Origin: Promethearchaeota archaeon
GTDB lineage: Archaea > Asgardarchaeota > Lokiarchaeia > Sigyniarchaeales > SOKP01
Length of the DNA: 64,000 nt
Reading direction: 5' to 3'
Assembly: GCA_016839705.1 (NCBI GenBank)
Contig: JAEOTR010000014.1
Location: 63,294-127,293, forward strand
The notes under the pieces are model-generated. The model did no database searches. It saw nothing but the letters and a program-made list of their open reading frames with translations, and was not told where the DNA came from. Both the position numbers and the translations under genes were made by a program. Positions 20,324 through 33,379 of this stretch are shown in pieces (the first letter of the stretch is position 1; each line of letters begins with the position of its first letter).

Positions 20324-20352
20324 AAGTTTTCACCATATGTAGTGTATACAAC

Positions 20353-20901
20353 TCAAGAATATAATGAGAAATCAGAACCCCCAACAAAATCTTTAGCTTT
20401 CGTAAAATCATCTGGTTTTATTTTACCTGAGCAATACTCACCTAATAATATATTACTATATGCCGCGCTGTCAAATACACGTCTAATTGACTTGAAAAAT
20501 GAATTTTTAGAAACAGTTCCATCATTTTTAAGGAATATCTGGTCGCTTATTTCATAACGGTGATTATTAATATCAATTCTATAGAATAAATCTTTAATAA
20601 GAAAAAATTTTCTCAGATCCCAGAAAAATTGCATTTTTCTATTTTCTTTTAATGAATTTAGAGTATCTACATGTGGTTTAGCCATTTGAGTTCCAAGTGA
20701 AAAAATTATAAGAGATTTATTTTTGGGTTTAATAACCACCATTCTCCTGCCAATTGGTCGTCCCGCAGGATCATTTCCAGGAGGAAAAATAAATTGAAAT
20801 CCAAAATCTAGCTTAGAATCAGAAATTTTTTCTCTTAATAATCCCTCATCTAATAAATATTCTTGAACCAAATTCTTTATTTTACTTTCTTTATCAGACA
20901 T
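20353..20901 (-). CDS. DUF2299-like hypothetical protein
   Basis: VQEYLLDEG N-terminus and IFLKNDGTVSKNSF...SIRRV C-terminus. Confidence 0.6.
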   Translation of the reverse strand: MSDKESKIKNLVQEYLLDEGLLREKISDSKLDFGFQFIFPPGNDPAGRPIGRRMVVIKPKNKSLIIFSLGTQMAKPHVDTLNSLKENRKMQFFWDLRKFFLIKDLFYRIDINNHRYEISDQIFLKNDGTVSKNSFFKSIRRVFDSAAYSNILLGEYCSGKIKPDDFTKAKDFVGGSDFSLYS

Positions 20902-20965
20902 ATTTGTTCGATGATCTTAAGAATGAAGTAAGTAATATAATTTTTTATGAGGAATTTTTAATAAC

Positions 20966-21319
20966 TTAATACTTCCCCTTAGGTCGGATTTGAGGTTCAA
21001 TTCCTGCTTCTTTTAATTTTGTTATATTATTTTCTAACTCTTCTAAGGGGGTGCAAAAAATTACTTGAAGAGTATTATAGTCAAAATATATCTTCCCAAC
21101 AATGCCTAAGCCCATCATTTGATTATTACCATCGATAAATGTATGGTCTATATCCATTTTAATTGCTTTTTTTTCTTCTTCAAGTTCAATTAAAGAAGGC
21201 TGACAAGCAGTAAACCCCGGTCCTCGATTTTGGATTAAATAGTTCATTATAGCGTAATCTAATTCATCATTAATTTCTCCGTTCTCTTGAAGGACTTTAA
21301 CAATAGATGGATCTTCCAT
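20966..21319 (-). CDS. hypothetical protein
   Basis: 117-aa ORF co-oriented with neighbours. Confidence 0.7.
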   Translation of the reverse strand: MEDPSIVKVLQENGEINDELDYAIMNYLIQNRGPGFTACQPSLIELEEEKKAIKMDIDHTFIDGNNQMMGLGIVGKIYFDYNTLQVIFCTPLEELENNITKLKEAGIEPQIRPKGKY

Positions 21320-21482
21320 AATAAAAAAAAAATTTTCTTTAGATAAAAAAGAGAATAACTAATTTTTATTTTTTCGGGTGAATCATAATAATAAAAATTA
21401 TTCGGCATTCGAACTGCTTATTAACTCGAAACCTGAAATAAGGAAACTAAAAGAAAATAAAGTAATGATATTAATATTATGC

Positions 21483-21734
21483 CTATTCTTTCTCAAACAG
21501 CACTTCGTCAATACTGTGAACGGCACAGTTTAAAGATGATAATTTTTCGGTTATCACTTCTAATGACACATCATTTCCTATAATATTAATATGTAGGGAG
21601 GCTGTTTTTTGATCTAATTCGTCCAGCTTTACACTAACTTTAGAAATTCCTGTAATATCCATCAGAGCTCCCGCCACGTAATCAATTGAAGGAGAATGAG
21701 GTTTAAGGACATCCAAAAAGTATTCTATTCTCAT
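21483..21734 (-). CDS. DUF211-family protein
   Basis: LDVLKPHSPS...AVHSIDEV signature. Confidence 0.85.
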   Translation of the reverse strand: MRIEYFLDVLKPHSPSIDYVAGALMDITGISKVSVKLDELDQKTASLHINIIGNDVSLEVITEKLSSLNCAVHSIDEVLFEKE

Positions 21735-21808
21735 GGTTTTTATTTAACTTTTAAGATTAATTGAATAATAATAGTTTAAATGGTTATTTTATATTTTTTT
21801 TTATTTCT

Positions 21809-22501
21809 TTATAAAAGTTTCTTAATTTCTTCAATTAATTTTTGAGGAATTTCACTTTCCTTTACAATTACATCTGCTTTATTAAGGGTTTCAACAATAG
21901 CTAGCTTAGTATGAACCGCGATAGAATAGGCACTAACGTTAATTGCTGCCTCGATATCTCTGTAATTATCTCCAATAACTAAAATTTCATAAGGATTAAC
22001 CCCAAGCTTATCACAAATAATTTGGAGATGGTCTGGATGTGGTTTTGGATTACTAACATTATCTCTACCGATTATAACATCAAAAAACTTTAGAAGTTTT
22101 ACTTTTTCAAGAGATAACTTAGCATGTTCATATTTATTAAACGTAAATATTGCTTGTTTAAGATTATTGTATTGAGCAAAAATGAGGACATCTTCGATAC
22201 CTTTTATCATTGTGGCATTAAGAGCAGCTTTATACTCAATTTTACTTACTTCTATATCGACTTCTTGTAAAATTTTGTTTATTTGGTTTGGATCAGTGCC
22301 ATTTTGTTGAAAAATTTCTTTAGAAATATTTATATTATCCAAGATGCTTTTTTGAATCGAAAGTTTTTTTTTATCTATGCCGTGTGCCACAAGAATATTA
22401 ATCGCAGCCTTTCGAGCGTCAATTGAGTTAATTTTGAAGTGTATTAAAGTTCCATCTAAATCCCAAACAATTGCTTTGATAGGTTTTTTATTATTATTCA
22501 T
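21809..22501 (-). CDS. HAD-superfamily phosphatase
   Basis: WDLDGTL, KPHPD, IGDNYRD. Confidence 0.92.
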   Translation of the reverse strand: MNNNKKPIKAIVWDLDGTLIHFKINSIDARKAAINILVAHGIDKKKLSIQKSILDNINISKEIFQQNGTDPNQINKILQEVDIEVSKIEYKAALNATMIKGIEDVLIFAQYNNLKQAIFTFNKYEHAKLSLEKVKLLKFFDVIIGRDNVSNPKPHPDHLQIICDKLGVNPYEILVIGDNYRDIEAAINVSAYSIAVHTKLAIVETLNKADVIVKESEIPQKLIEEIKKLL

Positions 22502-22520
22502 TAATCTAAGGGATATATCT

Positions 22521-23093
22521 TTAAAATTCTAAATCAGAATAAATCGGTCCTTTTGGAGTTAACTCTGATTTTTTAAGCTTTATCTGACTAATGTTAAATG
22601 GTCCAAACTCCACGTTTTTATTCTCATTGACGAGTTTCTTAAAAATATCAAATGTTTTATAATTAATTTTTTCTTTTCTTAATCTCCCAATGGTCAGATG
22701 TGGTTTAAATTGTGTTCTTTTATCGCGATCTACATTTAATCTTATATTCAGTAAATCTTCCACAGAGTCTTTAATTGTTTGTAAAAAAGGAATATCTCCA
22801 ATAAGTTTTAACCATATAACTGAAAATCTGTTGAACTGACCTACACCCTTCAAATAATATTTGAATTCTTTACCCTGAAAGTGTTTTTCATTTATTTCTG
22901 TCTTTAATATTTCATATATCTGTGGAGCTAATAATTCAGAAATATTACCTAAGAATTTAACAGTCATATGTAAATTTTCCGGTTTAACTAACTTCAGATT
23001 TGGTTGGTTTTTCTTCAGTCGAGAAGTAAGGGTGGTAATATTCTCAATAGTACTATTTTCTTTTAATTCCAGTGCAATGAAGGATCTAATCAT
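22521..23093 (-). CDS. thpR: RNA 2',3'-cyclic phosphodiesterase (2H family)
   Basis: RSFIA, two HxT motifs (HMT, HLT), S.LTPKGPIY; ATG overlaps upstream TGA. Confidence 0.9.
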   Translation of the reverse strand: MIRSFIALELKENSTIENITTLTSRLKKNQPNLKLVKPENLHMTVKFLGNISELLAPQIYEILKTEINEKHFQGKEFKYYLKGVGQFNRFSVIWLKLIGDIPFLQTIKDSVEDLLNIRLNVDRDKRTQFKPHLTIGRLRKEKINYKTFDIFKKLVNENKNVEFGPFNISQIKLKKSELTPKGPIYSDLEF

Positions 23094-24265
23094 TTTTTGT
23101 CCCAATAGTTAAAAATTCTCCATTGTTTATCTTTTAATTGCTTCTTATGTTCCGGGATAATATGAACTTCATCTAAATCTTCTAAGGATGAAGATTTTAT
23201 TATATTAATCATGTCTTGTAAAAAGAGTATATTCATCTTACCTCTTGTATCTGCATCTGCAGAAGCATTATGAGGAATAAGTATCATACGAATTTCAGGT
23301 CGTTGTTGCTTGATTTTCTTAAACCTTTCGAGGATTTTACTATTGAGTGGTTCTATTGGAAAGACATCAAAGGCAATGTTTATAGAGATTTCATTTGTTT
23401 CAAGCATATCAAGTAGAGAATCCAAATCCAGAACCGGTCCTCTTGCAGTATTTACTAGTAGAGCATTTTTTTTCATTAATTTCAATAAATCCCGATTGAC
23501 CATTTTTTCAGTATATTTATTTAAAGGAACATGGATACTAACGATATCTGAGTCTCTGAAGACATCCTCTATATTTTCTTTGAATTCAATGGAAGGGAAA
23601 TCCTGTTCGAACTCATTCATCTGATTAATATCATAATACAGAATTTTAATCCCCCAAGGATATAACCTTCTAATTATTTCTTTTCCAATTTCACCCAATC
23701 CAACGATACCGAGTACTTTACCAGTGATTACAGAAGAAAGAGATTGATCTAAATCCCATTTATCTTCAGGTGTCCATTGATTATCCCAAATATAATTATG
23801 GAGATCAACAAGATTCCTCAAGTTTGCCATAATTATTGCTATCGTATAATCTGCAACTGTTTCATGGAGAACTCCAGGAGTATGAGTTATAATAATATTA
23901 TCTTTATGAGTTCTCTGAATGTGATTATATCCGACTGTTGATGTAGAAATAGCAAAAACATTTGAATTTTCCAACGTTTCTGAATTTAAAAAATGACTTA
24001 AGTGGCATCCAATGATATCAGGTTTAAATTCCTCAACTCTCTTGTTAATCTGATCTTCAGAGGGAAATCTCCCTTTGAATACTTTTAAATTTGAGATTTG
24101 ATCTAGTTCTTGCCATAAATTTTTAATATCTTTGCGGATCACTTCAGAGATTGCTTCATTAGATCCAATTTCCATATCTGAGAAAACATTTGAGGTGAGA
24201 AATACCTTAGGTTTGTAGGTCATACTCATAACCAGTATTTTTGTACTTTTGAATTTTATGATCAT
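23090..24265 (-). CDS. D-isomer-specific 2-hydroxyacid dehydrogenase (glyoxylate reductase-like)
   Basis: HTPGVL, GIVGLGEIG, VNTARG, DVFPIEP, PHNASA. Confidence 0.9.
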   Translation of the reverse strand: MIIKFKSTKILVMSMTYKPKVFLTSNVFSDMEIGSNEAISEVIRKDIKNLWQELDQISNLKVFKGRFPSEDQINKRVEEFKPDIIGCHLSHFLNSETLENSNVFAISTSTVGYNHIQRTHKDNIIITHTPGVLHETVADYTIAIIMANLRNLVDLHNYIWDNQWTPEDKWDLDQSLSSVITGKVLGIVGLGEIGKEIIRRLYPWGIKILYYDINQMNEFEQDFPSIEFKENIEDVFRDSDIVSIHVPLNKYTEKMVNRDLLKLMKKNALLVNTARGPVLDLDSLLDMLETNEISINIAFDVFPIEPLNSKILERFKKIKQQRPEIRMILIPHNASADADTRGKMNILFLQDMINIIKSSSLEDLDEVHIIPEHKKQLKDKQWRIFNYWDKK

Positions 24266-24354
24266 TAATTTTAATATTCAATTTTATCTAATTATCAAGA
24301 TTTATTAAAACAAACTCTATTTTATAATTAAAAATATTGAGCAAGTGGTATGAA

Positions 24355-24507
24355 ATGGCAAAAGTTAAATGTCAACAATGTAAAGAAGAAATAGTTGGAG
24401 GGGCTAAAATACAAGAATTTGACCCTATTGAACCTACAACGATGCATGTATTTTGTTCTAAGGAATGTAAGGACCAGTGGCTCGCTTTAATAAGTGAAAA
24501 ACAATAG
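24355..24507 (+). CDS. 50-aa TRASH/YHS-type metal-binding protein; absent from ORF track
   Basis: MAKVKCQQCKEEI...HVFCSKECKDQW. Confidence 0.75.
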   Translation: MAKVKCQQCKEEIVGGAKIQEFDPIEPTTMHVFCSKECKDQWLALISEKQ

Positions 24508-24608
24508 ATTTTTTATTATTCCTATATTTTAGATATTCAATTTTTCTTCAAGATTGAAGATTCATTTTAAGATAAAAAATCCCCAAATTTTATGTGAAAT
24601 TACTATTA

Positions 24609-24977
24609 TTAGGTGATATTTAATTTTTTTCTGTTTTCTTCTATATCCTTAAAAATCTGCCATTTTGAAAGGAGAGCATTTTCAATTGTCGCAGTCCATA
24701 TACAATGATCTTCTTCTTTAGAATCCTTAGACCATAGAGCATAACCAATTAAAATTACCAAATTCTCTCGAGATTCAACTCTGGTAAAAATATTTTTATA
24801 AGTAGGCCATTCATTGAAAAATCTTTTCCATCCATTGACCATATCTCTATCCCAATATCCTTTACGATCAATAAATATATGGTCTTCTGCCATTAAACCA
24901 ATTAATCCCTCAATGTCTTGATTGTTGATATATTCATTAAATTGAAGAGCTGTTAATTTCGGATCTCGTTTATTCAT
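24609..24977 (-). CDS. NTF2/SnoaL-like protein
   Basis: FNEYINNQDIEGL..LMAED..FID pattern. Confidence 0.75.
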   Translation of the reverse strand: MNKRDPKLTALQFNEYINNQDIEGLIGLMAEDHIFIDRKGYWDRDMVNGWKRFFNEWPTYKNIFTRVESRENLVILIGYALWSKDSKEEDHCIWTATIENALLSKWQIFKDIEENRKKLNIT

Positions 24978-25010
24978 AATAACACTTCGAAAATTACTAC
25001 TAAGTCGATT

Positions 25011-25973
25011 TTATCTCTTAATTTTTTCAGGGAGATAAAAATCATAGGTTTTCTTAAGCAGTTTGGTTTTAATATACCTATCAATTCTCCTAGCATTTTG
25101 AAAGATTACCCATATCAATTTATCACTCTTATAATATTTTTGTACTTCAATAAAAGTGATCGGGTCTAATTCAAATTCACTTGCTTCTTCTTTTAAGAAT
25201 TTGTTAACCCTTTTGATTAACCGAGGTATAATTTTCGGTAATTGTTCCTTAAAAAAGTTAGCAAGTAAGTCAATAATTACTAGCCTCAGGTCATAATAAC
25301 GATCTAATACATCTTGAATGAAAAATGCCTTTATTAGGAATCTTAAGAATGATGGTGTGCTATTTAAGAACAATTCTGCCTCCATTGCTTCCACACTATT
25401 TTTTCGAAGGAACGGGGTGCTGGTATCAAGATATAATAATCTAGAATTTTCATTTACAAAAGGGTTTTTTGCATCGTAATCTATTAAGACAAAATTAGAA
25501 ATTTGACCATCCAATCCTATTTCTATATCTTCTTTTTGCTTATTTAATGTCCATACTTTCTTAAATTCTCTTAAAACAAGTAAAACCAGTATTTCTACCT
25601 CATCATCGCTTACCTGGTGAATAATTTTGTTTCCAACAGATTCCGGATCAATTTTAGCTTGAACGCTATAAAACTGGATTTTTCCTTTATTATCTAAGAA
25701 CCATATTACTTGATGTTCTGGAAGAATCAAGCCAATCTGCTTCTCTAAAATCCTGCAATATTCATTGTACGCCCAAACATGCCTTCGAACTTGCTTTTCA
25801 TTATCAAATATTGGAATTCTTTTATAGGCTAGATGTTCTGGATCTCCAATAATTTCAAACACTAAACTCATTTCTCCAAATCCAAGTATTTTTATGGGGA
25901 TTTTTCCTGTTTCTGGATGAATAGTGTCAATTGTTTTTTCAAATTCTTTTAACAATTCAATATTGATTTTCAT
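25011..25973 (-). CDS. DUF6206-like (kinase-like fold) protein
   Basis: ILGFGEMS, AYKRIP, GLDGQISNF, YLDTSTP. Confidence 0.65.
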   Translation of the reverse strand: MKINIELLKEFEKTIDTIHPETGKIPIKILGFGEMSLVFEIIGDPEHLAYKRIPIFDNEKQVRRHVWAYNEYCRILEKQIGLILPEHQVIWFLDNKGKIQFYSVQAKIDPESVGNKIIHQVSDDEVEILVLLVLREFKKVWTLNKQKEDIEIGLDGQISNFVLIDYDAKNPFVNENSRLLYLDTSTPFLRKNSVEAMEAELFLNSTPSFLRFLIKAFFIQDVLDRYYDLRLVIIDLLANFFKEQLPKIIPRLIKRVNKFLKEEASEFELDPITFIEVQKYYKSDKLIWVIFQNARRIDRYIKTKLLKKTYDFYLPEKIKR

Positions 25974-26102
25974 AAGCTATCAACTATTATTATGTAATCT
26001 CTCTCAAACTTAGTTTATCATTATTTTTTTATGTTAATAAATGTTAATTAATTTCCCTCAATTTTACAAATAGGTTTATTTGAGACAGAACATTGCACTA
26101 TT

Positions 26103-26189
26103 AGGATATTCGAATATGATGAGAATTGTGGCATGAGGAAAAAGATTTTTTCTATGATCATGGAGCAGAGATCTGAATTCGAATATCCT
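26103..26189 (+). ncRNA. box C/D 2'-O-methylation guide sRNA
   Basis: 13-bp perfect terminal inverted repeat AGGATATTCGAAT/ATTCGAATATCCT; C ATGATGA 26116-22, D' ATGA 26133-36, C' ATGATCA 26154-60, D CTGA 26173-76; 10-12 nt guides. Confidence 0.8.
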
Positions 26190-26199
26190 TATCTTCATT

Positions 26200-27678
26200 T
26201 TATTGATTTTTTATTGAATAATTTTCTTCACGATCAAGAATTGTTTTAACCATACCATCTCTTTCTGATTCTTGTAGTCGTTGAATATATCTTTCCAGTT
26301 GATCCCTCGTATGGTATGGACCACCTTCTCTTAACACGGTTTTCATTGGGTCTTCATGATTTGGAAATTTCTCTAGCATTTCTTTATGCCATTTATCAAG
26401 AAACTTTAATCCATAACTTACAATTTGGGGTTTTTCATCTACCTTATTTTTTTTCATATGAAAATCATTTTCATAATCATATAGCATTAACTCGGGGAAA
26501 TTCTTTAAACCGGTATGGTAAGTTTTGATTAGTGTCCAATTATCGAATCTTACAGTGCGTTGACAACTCCATGCATTCTGACTAATAACAAGGAAGTTCC
26601 TACCAAACTTTTCATCAGCTTCAATATTTCTAAAGAAACTCTTTCCGTCCCAAAATTCAGGGACTTCCAATCCTAAACCTTCTATAATAGTAGCTGCTAT
26701 ATCAGATTGATAAATTAGTGAATTGTATTCTGAATTCCATTTTTTTCTTGGCCACTTTATTATCATTGGGACTCTGTTGGTTATGGGACAAGCAGTTGCA
26801 TGATCTCCATAAATGTTTAATTCTCCTTGATTTTCACCGTGATCAGAACTAACAATTATCATTGTATCTTCATAGGTACCTTTATCCTTAAACATTTCAA
26901 TAATTTTTCCGATGTATTCATCTGCATATTTTATTCCCACATCATATCCATCAATCCATTGTTTGAAATCATTTAAATTTCTAATTTCATTAAGTCCCTT
27001 TAATCTAGGAAGCTCTGGGGGTGGTGTATAAGCAATAGTTCCAAATGGTTCACAAGCAGAATGAGGTCCGTAACTCCTTCTATGTTTATTTATGTCTTCT
27101 TGTTTTAGCCAGGAAGGTGCGGGTTCATTCTCAAAGGGATTTCCAAATCCCATTGGAGTTCGGTAGGGTGTGTGAGGGTCCCAGAAATTTACGTGTAAAA
27201 ACCAATTATCATTCTGCATATTTCCTTTTAACCATTTCTCTACATAAGGAAAAACTTGATCTGCTCTATCCATACCTCTAAATCCAGGATTATAGATTTC
27301 TTTCCATCCAGAATAAAACCAAAAAGCAGAATGCCGTTCTGCGAAGGAAGATATAGAGACTGGATATAACTTTGCCCTTCTGAGCATACTGATCCAGTTA
27401 TAACGTAAAAATTGATCTTGAAATCCTCGTGTATTACCAGTTAAACGTAAATCTGCAGCGGTCCCACCATGTCCGACAATACCAGAATGTATTCCAAATC
27501 GTCCCGTAAAAAGTGAGGCTCTTGATGGCAAACATGGGGCATCTGAAACATAACACTCTGTAAAAATTGTCCCTTCCATTGCAATTTTATCAATATTAGG
27601 TGATGTGTTGCGGTGGTACCCATAACACCCAAGATGATCAGGTCTTAAAGTATCAATATCAAGATAAAGAATTCTCAT
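26200..27678 (-). CDS. Cys-type (formylglycine) sulfatase
   Basis: DIDTLRPDHLGCYGY, CLPSRASLFTG, DPHTPY, SDHGE. Confidence 0.93.
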   Translation of the reverse strand: MRILYLDIDTLRPDHLGCYGYHRNTSPNIDKIAMEGTIFTECYVSDAPCLPSRASLFTGRFGIHSGIVGHGGTAADLRLTGNTRGFQDQFLRYNWISMLRRAKLYPVSISSFAERHSAFWFYSGWKEIYNPGFRGMDRADQVFPYVEKWLKGNMQNDNWFLHVNFWDPHTPYRTPMGFGNPFENEPAPSWLKQEDINKHRRSYGPHSACEPFGTIAYTPPPELPRLKGLNEIRNLNDFKQWIDGYDVGIKYADEYIGKIIEMFKDKGTYEDTMIIVSSDHGENQGELNIYGDHATACPITNRVPMIIKWPRKKWNSEYNSLIYQSDIAATIIEGLGLEVPEFWDGKSFFRNIEADEKFGRNFLVISQNAWSCQRTVRFDNWTLIKTYHTGLKNFPELMLYDYENDFHMKKNKVDEKPQIVSYGLKFLDKWHKEMLEKFPNHEDPMKTVLREGGPYHTRDQLERYIQRLQESERDGMVKTILDREENYSIKNQ

Positions 27679-27739
27679 ATTTCTAAGATAAAACAAATTG
27701 TTTTTTAAGGTTTTTAGATTTTTTAATCCACATCTATAG

Positions 27740-30913
<3,174 letters not shown>

Positions 30914-30991
30914 TCTGTAGATAGAGAATTTATTATTTAAAATTTAACTTACAATTATAATTAGATTATTTTTCAAGAAACTGGTGTTTGA

Positions 30992-31807
30992 ATGGCGCGA
31001 CCTTTATGGTTTGTTAAACTATTAAAAAAAGCATTCCCAAATGTAAAACTCATAGCTAAATTAACAAATTTGCCGATTTTAGGAACTCTGATTGATCATC
31101 TTCTTTTTAAAGGTGATGACATCATTTATCTCCCTCAAGATAAAGTAATCAACATCAATAAACCACTGGAGGAATATGACGAATACGTTTTACCCTCTCA
31201 AGTATTAGAATATTTTATTAATAAATCAAAAAATCACTGGGTTATGAATTTCTGTATCTGTCGCTCTAGTATGGGTTGCAAAGATTTTCCTCAGGAGTTA
31301 GGTTGTTTGTTTCTTGGTGATGCCGTTCTTGATATAAACCCACAATTAGGAAGGTTGGTAAGTAAAGAAGAAGCTTTGGAACATTTAAATAAATGTAGAG
31401 ATGCGGGATTAGTTCAAATGATAGGTAGAAATAGATTAGACGCCCAATGGCTTGGTGTTAGGGAGGGGGAGAAATTATTAAGTATTTGTAATTGTGACCC
31501 ATGCTGTTGTCTTTGGCGTGTATCCTCAATATTGGCCCCAAAAATCGGAGCGAAAATAAAAAAAATGCCTGGAGTAACAGTTCAAGTATCAGATAAGTGT
31601 ATCGGATGTGGATCTTGTACCGAGGGGATTTGTTTTGTTAATGCTATAAGTCTAATCAATGATAAAGCTATAATAAATGGGAATTGTAGGGGTTGTGGTC
31701 GCTGTGTTGATATCTGTCCTCAAAAAGCAATTGAATTAACGATTCAAGATAAACGTTATATTCAAAAATCTCTCAAAGAATTAGACAGGATAATAAATGT
31801 TGCATAA
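30992..31807 (+). CDS. 4Fe-4S dicluster / ferredoxin-domain protein
   Basis: CICR, ICNCDPCCC and two C-terminal CxxCxxC motifs. Confidence 0.85.
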   Translation: MARPLWFVKLLKKAFPNVKLIAKLTNLPILGTLIDHLLFKGDDIIYLPQDKVININKPLEEYDEYVLPSQVLEYFINKSKNHWVMNFCICRSSMGCKDFPQELGCLFLGDAVLDINPQLGRLVSKEEALEHLNKCRDAGLVQMIGRNRLDAQWLGVREGEKLLSICNCDPCCCLWRVSSILAPKIGAKIKKMPGVTVQVSDKCIGCGSCTEGICFVNAISLINDKAIINGNCRGCGRCVDICPQKAIELTIQDKRYIQKSLKELDRIINVA

Positions 31808-31826
31808 TTGAAAGTAAATTGATGAA

Positions 31827-33266
31827 TTATTCCCAGGAAAGATTTCCTTTTTTAAGATTATTAATTCTTGTTCTATGTTTTAATGCTGAAACTGCTTGTA
31901 CAGTTTCTTTGATTGAATGAAACACAGGTATATTTGCGAGTTCTAAAGATTCTATGATTAATGAATATTTCGAAACATAAGGAATAAAGCATACTACTGG
32001 CTTATTTTTCGATGTTACAATATTTGCTATTCTTCTACCTATCTGAAATGATATATTAGGGGGATAAGGCAAGAGTAATACAATTATACATTCAATTCTT
32101 TCAACATCCGATAAATATCGAATTACATCTTCGATGTCTGTGTCAAGAACAGAACCCGTGAGATCAATTGGGTTGTTAAAGGAAGCAATTTCTTTAGCTG
32201 TAGGATTCACTAGACTTTTTAAGTGTCTTTTTTCTTGAGGTGAGAATCGTACAGCATTCAATCCATATTTCTTTAACATATCAGAAGCCAATACAGCGTG
32301 TCCTCCTGATACAGATATTATCGCCACATTACCATAAGTCACTACATTATTTCCAAAAGGATTTCTTCGTTGTGATAATACATCATACACCTTTAAACTA
32401 GTCAATAATTCGGTTTCAGAATGAGGTTGGATTATTAGATGTTGTCTTAGAGCATTGTAAATTATGTTATAATTTCCTGCTAAACTGGCTGTATGTGATT
32501 GCGTTGCAACTTTACCTTCTCTTGTTTTACCTCCATAATATACAATAACGGTATCTTCCGATTCTTTCGCTAATTGAAGAAAATCTCTTGACTTTCCCTC
32601 TTTAAAACCCTCTAAATAAAATGCAATATTTGATGTTTCTTGATCTACTTGACTGAAGTATTCTAGTAACATTACCTCATCCACTACTGCTCGATTACCT
32701 ATTGAAACGGCAGTTGATACCCCTATATTTCTTTCATGAAATTTCTCGAAGAACATATCTACCAGTACTCCTCCCGATTGACTAATGAGTGCCACAGATC
32801 CTTTTTTTGGTCGTGTGATCCGTTCTGTGGGTAAAAAAATAGTATCGACTCTCGGTGGTGCATAAACACCTAGACAATTTGGACCAAGTAATGCAATATC
32901 ATTTTCAAAAGCTATTTTTTGAAGTTTTTCTTGTCTCTTCTTTCCTTTTCCGCCAATTTCCGCAAATCCTCCACCAATTATAACACTTGAAGGGATTCCT
33001 AATTCAGCACAATCCTGAACATATTCTAAAGTAGCATTTGGTTCTAATGCTATGACAAGGAGATCAGGGATTTCTGGTAATTCATCCAATCTATTATATA
33101 ACCTAATTCCTTCAATTTCTCCTCCTCCAGGATAAATCCCAAAAACTTTAACATCCATTTCAAATACGTTTTTCAATAAAATAATACGTCCTGGACTAAG
33201 AGGATTTTTCTTGGAAATACCTACTACCGCAATAGATTTGGGTTTAAATAATTTCTCTAAATCCAT
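31827..33266 (-). CDS. ADP-forming acyl-CoA synthetase alpha subunit, second copy
   Basis: PKSIAVVG, LGPNCLG, ISQSGG, SHTASLAG, NNPIDLTG. Confidence 0.9.
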   Translation of the reverse strand: MDLEKLFKPKSIAVVGISKKNPLSPGRIILLKNVFEMDVKVFGIYPGGGEIEGIRLYNRLDELPEIPDLLVIALEPNATLEYVQDCAELGIPSSVIIGGGFAEIGGKGKKRQEKLQKIAFENDIALLGPNCLGVYAPPRVDTIFLPTERITRPKKGSVALISQSGGVLVDMFFEKFHERNIGVSTAVSIGNRAVVDEVMLLEYFSQVDQETSNIAFYLEGFKEGKSRDFLQLAKESEDTVIVYYGGKTREGKVATQSHTASLAGNYNIIYNALRQHLIIQPHSETELLTSLKVYDVLSQRRNPFGNNVVTYGNVAIISVSGGHAVLASDMLKKYGLNAVRFSPQEKRHLKSLVNPTAKEIASFNNPIDLTGSVLDTDIEDVIRYLSDVERIECIIVLLLPYPPNISFQIGRRIANIVTSKNKPVVCFIPYVSKYSLIIESLELANIPVFHSIKETVQAVSALKHRTRINNLKKGNLSWE

Positions 33267-33379
33267 TTTAACTAGAAATTTGTAGTCTATAATTTTGAGA
33301 TATGATAGTTAAAGAGAATAACATATTTAATATTGCTTTAATTTAGCACTAAAAAATGAAAGGAGTAAATGATGATGAA

